Below, one piece after another: positions 27,715 through 38,738 of a stretch of 64,000 nt of DNA. Origin of the DNA: Balanoglossus misakiensis (Eukaryota; Animalia; Hemichordata); NCBI GenBank assembly GCA_040954595.2, contig CM082586.2, positions 11,935,337-11,999,336 of the forward strand. Reading direction: 5' to 3'. Below the pieces are notes generated by a model that was given only the letters and a program-made list of their open reading frames with translations, did not search any database and was not told where the DNA came from. The translations under genes and the position numbers were made by a program. The number at the start of each line of letters is the position of its first letter. The stretch's first letter is position 1.

Positions 27715-29584
27715 AGTACACAACTGTGTATCAGTGTATCTGGAACTGTAAGAAAGTCCAGAGATTCTTTGTCTGGTACTCCAATTTCAACCGTTTATTG
27801 ACTTTCTTATCAGTAGAGTACAGATAGTTTTTTATGTATTTTGAAATGCTTTCAATTTCTTTACGAAGTGTCCACCCAGCCAAGTAGCGTATTTTTCCTC
27901 TGCCATCACCCCCGATTTCTTCTATATGTACGATATTTTGCGTCGCCTCAAGACTTCTTTTTTCTGCACGGGAAATAAGATCATTAATCTACAATGTTAG
28001 TTAGTAAGGTGAAGTATTCATCTTTCATACTGGTGATAGGGATACCAAAAAGGGATGCACCCTCTTCGATAAGCTGTGTTCGTTGCAGATATCGTGCAGT
28101 AAGCCAGCCATGCATGTTCTTGAAATCTGCTAGTATAAGCTTTACTTCTTCATTTTCTTCAATTCCTTTCTTTGTAGTACAAAATATCTTCAGCCATTGT
28201 ATCTTTAGAAATAAAATAAACAGCTCTGGCATATCTTCTAATTTGTCAATCAGACAGTTCAAACGCCCGGACAGTGAATCTTCCACTTCAGCAAATGGAG
28301 AAACATCTTTAAGTTCATGTAGGAATGTGTCTGCACTGGAGTCATGTGGGAGTTCTTCTAGCTCTCTGTGGCTTTTATCCATAAATGTCCCTCAAATCTA
28401 TGGTAGTCTTGTCACTATCATCCGTGTCATATGTTGATTGTACATATGCCTCTCCATCATCATTTCTTATCATCTGGATATCTTCACTGCATACCATGTC
28501 ACACTCTACGTCTTTGCTGCAACAGGCAATATCTTCTGGCGTTTCTTGACCCTGAATGCATAGTATTTCATAGAAAGAAGATACTAGACTGTTGACTGGA
28601 AGCATCCTCTGTGGGGTAAAACTAAACAAGAGAACTGTATCTTTTGATTTTGCCCGTAAAAGTGATACATATAATTGCCCTGGAACAAATTCGTTGCCTG
28701 CGTGTATGGCAACATTCTTGATCGTTTGTCCCTGACATTTATGTGCTATCATTGCCCAGCACAGCTTCAAATGGATTTGGCAGCGCCTTCCAATCCCAAC
28801 TCCCTGTCGTTTTAAAAGTCCACGTTTGACGATGTACAGACACCTATATCAGGCTATCCTCAAATGCTACAACAGGATTTCCATTTTCATCTATTCCTTT
28901 GAAAATGCCAGTGCTTCCATTGTGAAGGCTGTCACTGAGAATGTATACCAGCATCACAAGAGCACCAACCTTTAGTAAGAGCTTGTTTGGTGCAATGGCA
29001 CGCCTTTCCACTTGATGCACGTCCCCTTTATCAACTGCCTGGAAAACATGGCATTGTCCTGTTAACTTATCAAGCTGACACATGTTGTGGAGGTTCACAT
29101 CTGCATTATGAAAGTAGATGTAGGTTTGGTTTTCTGGGTTCAGCAGAGGCCGCTTCAAGGTGTTGAGGAAATCCAATGTACGAGGACTGCATTGACCGAG
29201 GCGGACACCATTCAAAGCTGGGAGGAACTCTTGCTGATTGTGTTGCTGTCTATAGATAGTTTTGAGGACAATGATGTGTCTGAAGGTTGTTTCCCATAAT
29301 GGGGACTGGAATGAGTATTCTCCATCATCCACGTGGCTTGGTACTGGTGGTAATTGATGGAAGTCTCCAATTGCAATCACTTGGATACCACCAAACGATT
29401 GCTTGCCTTCTCTGCCCACTTTACTTAATATAGCAATGACACTGAACAGACGAGCACTTTCCATAAAATTCATCAATTATGAGTACATCAACTTCTCTCA
29501 ACTGTGTCGCAACATTCTCCTTTGCATTTTTGAGAATGTATTGAATTGCATGGTCAGCCAGCCCAATAAAAAACACTGTGAATT
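27715..29584 (-). pseudogene. PIF1-family SF1B helicase pseudogene (motif Ib to C-terminal extension)
   Basis: IHS, VDVLIIDEF, FGGIQVIAIGDFHQLPPV, LKTIYRQ, LLLKVGALVML..NGSTG, AHKCQGQT, GQLYVSL.RA; multiple frameshifts. Confidence 0.92.
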
Positions 29585-29945
29585 GAAAATCTGACACCAG
29601 GACGAAGATCTTTATTCACAAAGGTAAATGCCAGAAGAAATGAATATGGATGGAAATACTTGTGGACGCAATATGGAAAAATCCTGACAAAGAAAGTCGA
29701 CAGGTCACCAACTGTCTACATTCCGAATGAGGAAAGTCTCGCCAAAATCTGCTAGGCGTCCTTTAACTACTACATCATAGTGTACAAGCAAACTCATCAT
29801 CGGCGAAACCACAGACCACTTCTTGCAAAATAACTATAATTGTAAGTCTTATACTTTGGACGAATTTAATGCAAACGATTCCCTTCTAACACTGCAGTCA
29901 TTTTCAACTCTTCATTTGAATAATAGATCGATCAGATGTCGCTTT
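29585..29945 (+). mobile_element. 5' part of the same LINE (ORF1 C-terminus and start of ORF2); mirror at 34132..34492 (-)
   Basis: Manual translation gives ENLTPGRRSLFTKVNARRNEYGWKYLWTQYGKILTKK..SLAKIC* (CR1/L2-type ORF1 C-terminal domain) then NCKSYTLDEFN..FSTLHLNNRSIRCRF. Confidence 0.88.
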
Positions 29946-31095
29946 TAGTGGGGCAGTTAACAAAAAATTGTGCACTTTGGGTTAAAAGCATGAAACTTGG
30001 TACACTTATGCATTGACCCATGGCGGCCATTTTCTGATATGGATCCAAAATGACAGCACCCTCTATTGGCCAGAAACAGACATTCATAGTTAAAAACCGT
30101 GCACTTCGGGTTAAAAGCCTGAAACTTGGTACACTTATGCATTGACCCATGGCGGCCATTTTATGATATGGATCCAAAATGACAGCGCCCTCTTGTGGCC
30201 AGAAACTGACATTCACACTTTCCCCCATTAATGGCACTTTTTGGTCATTTGTAACACTCAGAAACAGGAATGTGGGTTGTAAAACATGCTTGCTACCATA
30301 CATTCATGTGTATATTATCCTAATCCTGATATACATGTATCAGATCAATCTTGATTACATCTTCCTTCACAGTAACAATGACCACTGCTGTCAGACTAGA
30401 CCTAAAGCACCTACATGTGCATGACTTTTGGCCACTGATTTCCTGAGGTTGACTCTTTTCTTGGGCTTGACTAAGAGTTGTCCAACTTGATTTCCACTGG
30501 GATTCTGTTGGTTTGATAAAACTTTGCTAGGTTTCTCACAGCACATGTTCTTTAGGAGCTGCCTGTATTCTCGAGAACCCTTGACTTTCTGGAGAAGAGG
30601 TGTTGTATTACCCCTTTGCATGACTTTGTGTATTGAACTGGTTGTTATTTCGAAGAACAAATCGTTCAATTAGTAACATACAAGATTGATCTGATGCATG
30701 TACATCAGGATTAGGATACTATTCAAAGGAATGTATGGCAGCAAGCATGTTTTACAACCCACATTGTGTGTGTTAAACTTGCCCAAAAAGTGTCATTAAT
30801 GGGGGGAAAAGTGTAAATGTCAGTTTCTAGCCACTAGAGGGCGCTGTCTTTTGGGATCCATATTGGAAAATGTCCGCCATGGGTCAATGAATAATTGTAC
30901 CAAATTTCATGCTTTTAACCCAAAGTGCACAATTTTTAAGTATGAATGTCAGTTTCTAGCCACTAGAGGGCGCTGTCTTTTGGGATCCATATTGGAAAAT
31001 GTCCGCCATGGGTCAATGAATAAGTGTACCAAGTTTAATGCTTTTAACCCAAAGTGCACAATTATGCCAAAATGTGGGGTTAAGCTCCTGCACTA
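29946..31095. mobile_element. Academ-like non-autonomous element with ~420-bp TIRs built of ~129-bp subrepeats
   Basis: TAGTG...CACTA termini; long diverged TIRs; reconstructed 3-bp TSD TTT (see findings). TAG termini and a 3-bp TSD fit Academ; the superfamily is inferred. Confidence 0.8.
30830..30975 (+). promoter_or_regulatory. Pair of CTCF-consensus motifs in TIR subrepeats (reverse-oriented pair at 33102..33247)
   Basis: GCCACTAGAGGGCGCTG at 30830 and 30959 matches the CTCF core CCACYAGRKGGCRC; binding not shown. Confidence 0.5.
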
Positions 31096-32968
31096 CAGTC
31101 CATAGTGGACAGCATTATGCAAGACTTTGCATGAACACTCTATACACTGTACATGCTATATGGGCAACTGTTGTGTCAATGTTTAACCAGGTCACAGTGT
31201 ACAGTACCCATCTTTTTATTAACACTCAACACAACCCATATTTGAGAGTTCTATATGGTCGACCCTTGCGTCAATGTTTAACCAGTCCATAGTGGACAGC
31301 ATATGCAAGACTTTGCATGAACACTATATACACTGTACATGCTATATGGGCAACTGTTGTGTCAATGTTTAACCAGGTCACAGTGTACAGTACCCATCTT
31401 TTTATTAACACTCAACACAACCCATATTTGAGAGTTCTATATGGTCGACCCTTGCGTCAATGTTTAACCAGTCCATAGTGGACAGTATTATGCAAAACTT
31501 TGCGTGAACACTCAATACACTGTACATGCTATGTGGGCAACTGTTGTGTCAATGTTTAACCAGGTCACAGTGTACAGTACCCATCTTTTTATTAACACTC
31601 AACACAACCCATATTTGAGAGTTCTATATGGTCACCCTTTGCGTCAATGTTTAACCATGTCCATGGAGGACGTATTATGCAAAACTTTGCATGAACACTC
31701 AATACACCATACATGCTATATGGGCAACTGTTGTGTCAATGTTCAACCAGGTCACAGTGTACAGTACCCATCTTTTTATTAACACTCAACACAACCCATA
31801 TTTGAGAGTTCTCTAAGGTCAACTCTTGCATCAATCAATGTTTAACCAGTCCATAGTGGACAGCATTATGCAAGACTTTGCATGAACACTCTATACACTG
31901 TACATGCTATATGGGCAACTGTTGTGTCAATGTTTAAGTTTAACCAGGTCACAGTGTACAGTACCCATCTTTTTATTAACACGCAACACAAACCATATTT
32001 GAGAGTTCTATAAGGTCAACCCTTGCGTCAATGTTTAACCAGTCCATAGTGGACAGCATTATGCAAGACTTTGCATGAACCACAGACAAAGAGAAAAAAC
32101 AGACTAGCAACGCGGCATGTTCCTTTGATGTCTTGTTCATCTCGGCAAACAAGGGGAAACAATAGGCTTCAAATGTGTCAAATGGGTTAGACACCGCGGA
32201 GACTTCCCAGAATACTTTGCGGTTGCGTCATTATCGACAGCTGCAGTACCTTGCCTGACACAGCTTTGCACTCAGGAGTCGACTGAAACACTACTTCACG
32301 ACGACCATGATTTACATTTGATTTACACGTTAGAAGTAAAATTTGCATCTACAACCCATGCAAATTTACAGAACACGATTCGGCGAACAGGAATCCATTC
32401 CAAAAAAATCGAGATGGATGATTAAACCTTTTAAAATTTACGATCAAACACACTTATTATATATTCATAAGTTTTTATTAAATGGTAAAACTCATCGCTC
32501 CGATGCTCAAACTTCCTCCAATTTTCACTGTCCACTCGCCTTCCGTCTACAGCTGACTGAAAACGACAACACGAACTTTCACAAAAACACTTTCGTTTTA
32601 TTATCGGGAAAATTCCGGACATTGCCGAAGTGGATACGTTCGGAAAACTTCGGAGACAAGCTGCACCTTGAAGGTGAGCTGAGACACGCATAGGGGATTA
32701 GGAGATGTACTTCACACCTTTTGACAATAGCGTTGCTAGTCTGTTTTTCTCTTTGTCTGTGCATGAACAATCTATACACTGTACATGCTATATGGGCAAC
32801 TGTTGTGTCAATGTTTAACTTTAACCAGCTAGGTCACAGTGTACAGTACCCATCTTTTTATTAACACGCAACACAAACCATAATTGAGAGTTCTATAAGG
32901 TCAACCCTTGCGTCAATGTTTAACCAGTCTATAGTGGACAGCATTATGCAAAACTTTGCATGAACACT
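31096..32968 (+). repeat. Satellite B, ~187-bp tandem repeat (~6 units) forming the non-palindromic spacer
   Basis: AGTCCATAGTGGACAGCATTATGCAA... starts at 31097, 31284, 31470, ~31657, 31848 and 32041 and resumes after 32761, all in direct orientation. Confidence 0.95.
32081..32761. mobile_element. Non-autonomous TIR element inserted in satellite B; P-element-like (CA..TG termini, 7-bp TSD)
   Basis: ~33-bp TIR CACAGACAAAGAGAAAAA(A)CAGACTAGCAACGC at both ends; CATGAAC duplicated at 32074-32080 and 32762-32768. The superfamily is inferred. Confidence 0.85.
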
Positions 32969-32981
32969 TAAAGGTCCCATG

Positions 32982-34131
32982 TAGTGCAGGAGCTTAACCC
33001 CACATTTTGGCATAATTGTGCACTTTGGGTTAAAAGCATAAAACTTGGTACACTTATGCATTGACCCATGGCGGCCATTTTCTGATATGGATCCAAAATG
33101 ACAGCGCCCTCTGGTGGCCAGAAACAGACATTCATACTTAAAAATTGTACACTTTGGGTTAAAAGCATGAAATTTGGTACAATTATTCATTGACCCATGG
33201 CGGACATTTTCCAATATGGATCCCAAAAGACAGCGCCCTCTAGTGGCTAGAAACTGACATTTACACTTTTCCCCCATTAATGACACTTTTTGGGCAAGTT
33301 TAACACTCAGAGACAGACATGTGGGTTGTAAAACATGCTTGCTGCCATACATTCCTTTGAATAGTATCCTAATCCTGATGTACATGCATCAGATCAATCT
33401 TGTATGTTACTAATTGACCGATTTGTTCTTCGAAATAACAACCAGTTCAATACACAAAGTCATGCAAACGGGTAATACAACACCTCTTCTCCAGAAAGTC
33501 AAGGGTTCTCGAGAATACAGAACATGTGCTGTGAAAAACCTAGCAAAGTTATATCAAACCAACAGAATCCCAGTGGAAATCAAGTTGGGCAACTATTAGT
33601 CAAGCCCAAGAAAAGAGTCAACCTCAGGAAATCAGTGGCCAAAAGTCATGCACATGTTTCTGTAGGTGCTTTAGGTCTAGTCTGACAGCAGTGGTCATTG
33701 TTACTGTGAAGGAAGATGTAATCAAGATTGATCTGATACATGTATATCAGGATTAGGATAATATACACATGAATGTATGGTAGCAAGCATGTTTTACAAC
33801 CCACATTCCTGTTTCTGAGTGTTACAAATGACCAAAAAGTGCCATTAATGGGGGGAAAGTGTGAATGTCAGTTTCTGGCCACAAGAGGGCGCTGTCATTT
33901 TGGATCCATATCATAAAATGGCCGCCATGGGTCAATGCATAAGTGTACCAAGTTTCAGGCTTTTAACCCGAAGTGCACGGTTTTTAAGTATGAATGTCTG
34001 TTTCTGGCCAATAGAGGGTGCTGTCATTTTGGATCCATATCAGAAAATGGCCGCCATGGGTCAATGCATAAGTGTACCAAGTTTCATGCTTTTAACCCAA
34101 AGTGCACAATTTTTTGTTAACTGCCCCACTA
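32982..34131. mobile_element. Academ-like element (mirror copy)
   Basis: TAGTGCAGGAGCTTAACC ... GTTAACTGCCCCACTA. Confidence 0.8.
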
Positions 34132-34492
34132 AAAGCGACATCTGATCGATCTATTATTCAAATGAAGAGTTGAAAATGACTGCTGTGTTAGAAGGGAATC
34201 GTTTGCATTAAATTCGTCCAAAGTATAAGACTTACAATTATAGTTATTTTGCAAGAAGTGGTCTGTGGTTTCGCCGATGATGAGTTTGCTTGTACACTAT
34301 GATGTAGTAGTTAAAGGACGCCTAGCAGATTTTGGCGAGACTTTCCTCATTCGGAATGTAAACAGTTGGTGACCTGTCGACTTTCTTTGTCAGGATTTTT
34401 CCATATTGCGTCCACAAGTATTTCCATCCATATTCATTTCTTCTGGCATTTACCTTTGTGAATAAAGATCTTCGTCCTGGTGTCAGATTTTC

Positions 34493-36354
34493 AATTCACA
34501 GTGTTTTTTATTGGGCTGGCTGACCATGCAATTCAATACATTCTCAAAAATGCAAAGGAGAATGTTGCGACACAGTTGAGAGAAGTTGATGTACTCATAA
34601 TTGATGAATTTTATGGAAAGTGCTCGTCTGTTCAGTGTCATTGCTATATTAAGTAAAGTGGGCAGAGAAGGCAAGCAATCGTTTGGTGGTATCCAAGTGA
34701 TTGCAATTGGAGACTTCCATCAATTACCACCAGTACCAAGCCACGTGGATGATGGAGAATACCCATTCCAGTCCCCATTATGGGAAACAACCTTCAGACA
34801 CATCATTGTCATCTATAGACAGCAACACAATCAGCAAGAGTTCCTCCCAGCTTTGAATGGTGTCCGCCTCGGTCAATGCAGTCCTCGTACATTGGATTTC
34901 CTCAACACCTTGAAGCGGCCTCTGCTGAACCCAGAAAACCAAACCCACATCTACTTTCATAATGCAGATGTGAACCTCCACAACATGTGTCAGCTTGATA
35001 AGTTAACAGGACAATGCCATGTTTTCCAGGCAGTTGATAAAGGGGACGTGCATCAAGTGGAAAGGCGTGCCATTGCACCAAACAAGCTCTTACTAAAGGT
35101 TGGTGCTCTTGTGATGCTGGTATACATTCTCAGTGACAGCCTTCACAATGGAAGCACTGGCATTTTCAAAGGAATAGATGAAAATGGAAATCCTGTTGTA
35201 GCATTTGAGGATAGACCGATATAGGTGTCTGTACATCGTCAAACGTGGACTTTTAAAACGACCAGGGAGTTGGGATTGGAAGGCGCTGCCAAATCCATTT
35301 GAAGCTGTGCTGGGCAATGATAGCACATAAATGTCAGGGACAAACGATCAAGAATGTTGCCATACACGCAGGCAACGAATTTGTTCCAGGGCAATTATAT
35401 GTATCACTTTCACGGGCAAAATCAAAAGATACAGTTCTCTTGTTTAGTTTTACCCCACAGAGGATGCTTCCAGTCAACAGTCTAGTATCTTCTTTCTATG
35501 AAATACTATGCATTCAGGGTCAAGAAACGCCAGAAGATATTGCCTGTTGCAGCAAAGACGTAGAGTGTGACATGGTATGCAGTGAAGATATCCAGATGAT
35601 AAGAAATGATGATGGAGAGGCATATGTACAATCAACATATGACACGGATGATAGTGACAAGACTACCATAGATTTGAGGGACATTTATGGATAAAAGCCA
35701 CAGAGAGCTAGAAGAACTCCCACATGACTCCAGTGCAGACACATTCCTACATGAACTTAAAGATGTTTCTCCATTTGCTGAAGTGGAAGATTCACTGTCC
35801 GGGCGTTTGAACTGTCTGATTGACAAATTAGAAGATATGCCAGAGCTGTTTATTTTATTTCTAAAGATACAATGGCTGAAGATATTTTGTACTACAAAGA
35901 AAGGAATTGAAGAAAATGAAGAAGTAAAGCTTATACTAGCAGATTTCAAGAACATGCATGGCTGGCTTACTGCACGATATCTGCAACGAACACAGCTTAT
36001 CGAAGAGGGTGCATCCCTTTTTGGTATCCCTATCACCAGTATGAAAGATGAATACTTCACCTTACTAACTAACATTGTAGATTAATGATCTCGCAGATGC
36101 ACTGTCTTATTTCCCGTGCAGAAAAAAGAAGTCTTGAGGCGACGCAAAATATCGTACATATAGAAGAAATCGGGGGTGATGGCAGAGGAAAAATACGCTA
36201 CTTGGCTGGGTGGACACTTCGTAAAGAAATTGAAAGCATTTCAAAATACATAAAAAACTATCTGTACTCTACTGATAAGAAAGTCAATAAACGGTTGAAA
36301 TTGGAGTACCAGACAAAGAATCTCTGGACTTTCTTACAGTTCCAGATACACTGA
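34493..36354 (+). pseudogene. PIF1-family helicase pseudogene (mirror copy)
   Basis: ORFs 34601, 35299, 35687 and 36085 carry the same motifs (YVSLSRA), followed by GRGKIRYLAGWTLRK. Confidence 0.92.
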
Positions 36355-37519
36355 TACACAGTTGTGTACTAATATTACCAAGTTTTTTGACATGCTGGTG
36401 TAAAATTTGTGTTATTCAGACATCATCGACATTTGGTTGGAAATGTAAATACGTAAAAAAAAATCAGAAAATTTTAGATTTTCTCACAAATGGGAAACTT
36501 TTGAAACATACATACATGTAGATGAAAGATATAATCTTATCGATTACGTTAATCTTTCATCCTAGAAAGTTAGATGTTAATTTGTTTATATGTTAATCAT
36601 GTGTGTTATATATAACCGAAAATAATAGTATTTTATCTTTTCACCATGTGTCGTAAACTGGAATTGTTCATAAATAACTGTATAAGTACAATTCGGGAAA
36701 TATGATGGTAAAAGAGAAGGTTTCGCGGTTTGTAGAATATTAATCTGTATAAACGGACGAATGAAATGTATCATCAGGTTGTTTAGTGGCAAACCATGTC
36801 GTCAGCTGTCGATGTCGAATACAACATTCGGTACCCGATCAATATCACACAGTCGCCAGTCCTAGCTGAAGTTCGATTTAGGTCAAAATAACGTCAAATA
36901 ACAAAATATATTTATTCGAAATGGATTAGACTTTTACTTGGCTGCCTTAGCCATAGGTTCTTTGGGTTTGGATTACTACAACAAAGTGTTAAAGTTTCAT
37001 AATTTGTCACGTAACAAAATTTGCTGTTCTTTTTTTTTTCTCAAAAGAGTTGTCACGATACATACTCTGCAGCATATTCTAGTGTATATAAGTAAAATAC
37101 GAAACCTCTGTCAGAATATATCCAGTATAGAACATTTGCTGTTGTCACAAAGTGTCTATAGTGTTGTGTGTTGTCTTGTGTGTCCAGTGTTGTTTTTGTG
37201 TGGTGGTTAAAGGTTAGTTAGGATTTGCTGCACGTCTACTTGTCTGAGGTGGTTAGACAGTTAGTAACACATCTTAGCATCGAACGGCTTTGACAAAATG
37301 AACTCTGCTATGACACAACACCAGTGTGAATAACTGCGCATGGACAATTCACCAGCCCTGGATTACATAATCTCTGCACTTACTTGGTCTGCATGAATAA
37401 TTCGGAGGTGATAATTCGGGGAGAAACTAAAACAATAGACAGTGGAGAACAGTGGACAATCATTCTGAATAAATTATTGTAGAAAATATGTACAGAAATG
37501 CGCCTGGAAGGTGGTATAA

Positions 37520-38311
37520 GGCTGCATTCACAAACACCTCTGGAGGGGGGGCAGGAGAATTGAGGGGGGGGGGGATTTGAAAAAATTGAGGGTATGTAAG
37601 GGGGGGATTTGAAATAATTTAGGGACTGAAAGGGGGGGACTTGAAAACTTTAACGACTAAATATTTATTTTGAGTCCACAAAAATGCAGTTTCGTGCCCT
37701 TTATTTTACAAAATTTTCTAATGTGGGAGGGGGACACACCCACCCCCTCAATTCACCAACACCTTTCAATCATTGACTGGTTTATCTAGTGTCCCAGGTC
37801 AGGGGACTTGCCCCCACCCCATGATAACTTTGAGCGGCGACGGTTAAATTTGTCCTCCCCAACATACCGGTAGTTGAGTTAATTTGCTTTTGCCGGGTTC
37901 ATTAAAATGCAGCTTTGAGCTCTGTATTTTAAAAAATTTTCTTACGTGGGAGTGGGACACCCCCTCCCAAACCCACCCCCTTCAATTCTCGGTTTACAAT
38001 GTCTCCCAACACAGAACACAAATATATGTACTTAAAAAATTAAAACAATGTTCATTTTTAATACCCACTGATGAGGGGAAACATCAGTTTCAAATTCTTT
38101 TCATGGGAGCGCTGTTTTTCTTTTTACAAGATAGATAGGTGATGTGTTTTGCTCTGTGAAAGAAAATGGGGGGGGGGGATTTCAAAATTTTGGCAGTTCG
38201 GAAGGGGGGGATTTGAAAATATTGGCAGTTCGGAAGGGCGCATGTGAAAATTAGCGGTAAAAAAAATGAATTCTCCCCCGCCCCCCTCCAGAGGTGTTTG
38301 TGAATGCAGCC
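37520..38311. mobile_element. PIF/Harbinger-like MITE, second family (mirror copy)
   Basis: Same TIRs with TAA TSD. Confidence 0.88.
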
Positions 38312-38488
38312 TAAAAGGCTGCGTGCCCGAGAAGTTGCCCTAAGTGTACACGGTCAAAGCAAAGGAAGCCTTGTTTCACATTGCAGGCAGAGGATTTACA
38401 AAGGTGTGAAAGACTATTTGTCCACATCAAGATAAGCCTTCGACTGAACTTCGAAAAGCCGAAAAAACTCGACTGAGTTGGGTTAGGG

Positions 38489-38738
38489 GTCTTTTGGGAT
38501 CCATATTGGAAAATGTCCGCCATGGGTCAATGAATAATTGTACCAAATTTCATGCTTTTAACCCAAAGTGCACAATTTTTAAGTATGAATGTCTGTTTCT
38601 GGCCACTAGAGGGCGCTGTCATTTTGGATCCATATCAGAAAATGGCCGCCATGGGTCAATGCATAAGTGTACCAAGTTTTATGCTTTTAACCCAAAGTGC
38701 ACAATTATGCCAAAATGTGGGGTTAAGCTCCTGCACTA
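38489..38738. mobile_element. Single solo terminus of the Academ-like element
   Basis: ...GGGGTTAAGCTCCTGCACTA|TTT abuts the LINE endonuclease region. Confidence 0.88.

Larger units (their letters stand above)
2240..31095 (+). repeat. Left arm of giant inverted duplication
   Basis: The ORF track is mirrored: 18160..19095(+) vs 46569..47504(-), 28844..29476(-) vs 34601..35224(+), 3452..3652(-) vs 61805..62005(+). Spot-checked junctions and indels are reverse-complement matches. Confidence 0.98.

Noticed and set aside
31096-32968. Common origin of satellites A and B, or a CRISPR-like array
   Set aside because: Only short scattered word matches despite similar length; the units are uninterrupted tandem repeats with no unique spacers, and the DNA is eukaryotic.
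31096-32981. Single-read fold-back or amplification chimera as the origin of the palindrome
   Set aside because: The arms differ by kb-scale indels with filler and independent substitutions, and the junctions fall at exact element termini. A two-haplotype misjoin still needs a read check.
38479-38489. GGGTTAGGG telomere-like sequence at the junction with the truncated TIR (mirror at ~25591-25601)
   Set aside because: About one repeat only, which is expected by chance and insufficient to claim telomerase healing.
32982-38738. PIF1 as internal cargo of the Academ-like element (it lies between inverted termini)
   Set aside because: The LINE/TSD reconstruction shows the element inserted into a LINE that was itself inside PIF1; the bracketing results from later rearrangement and has no TSD.
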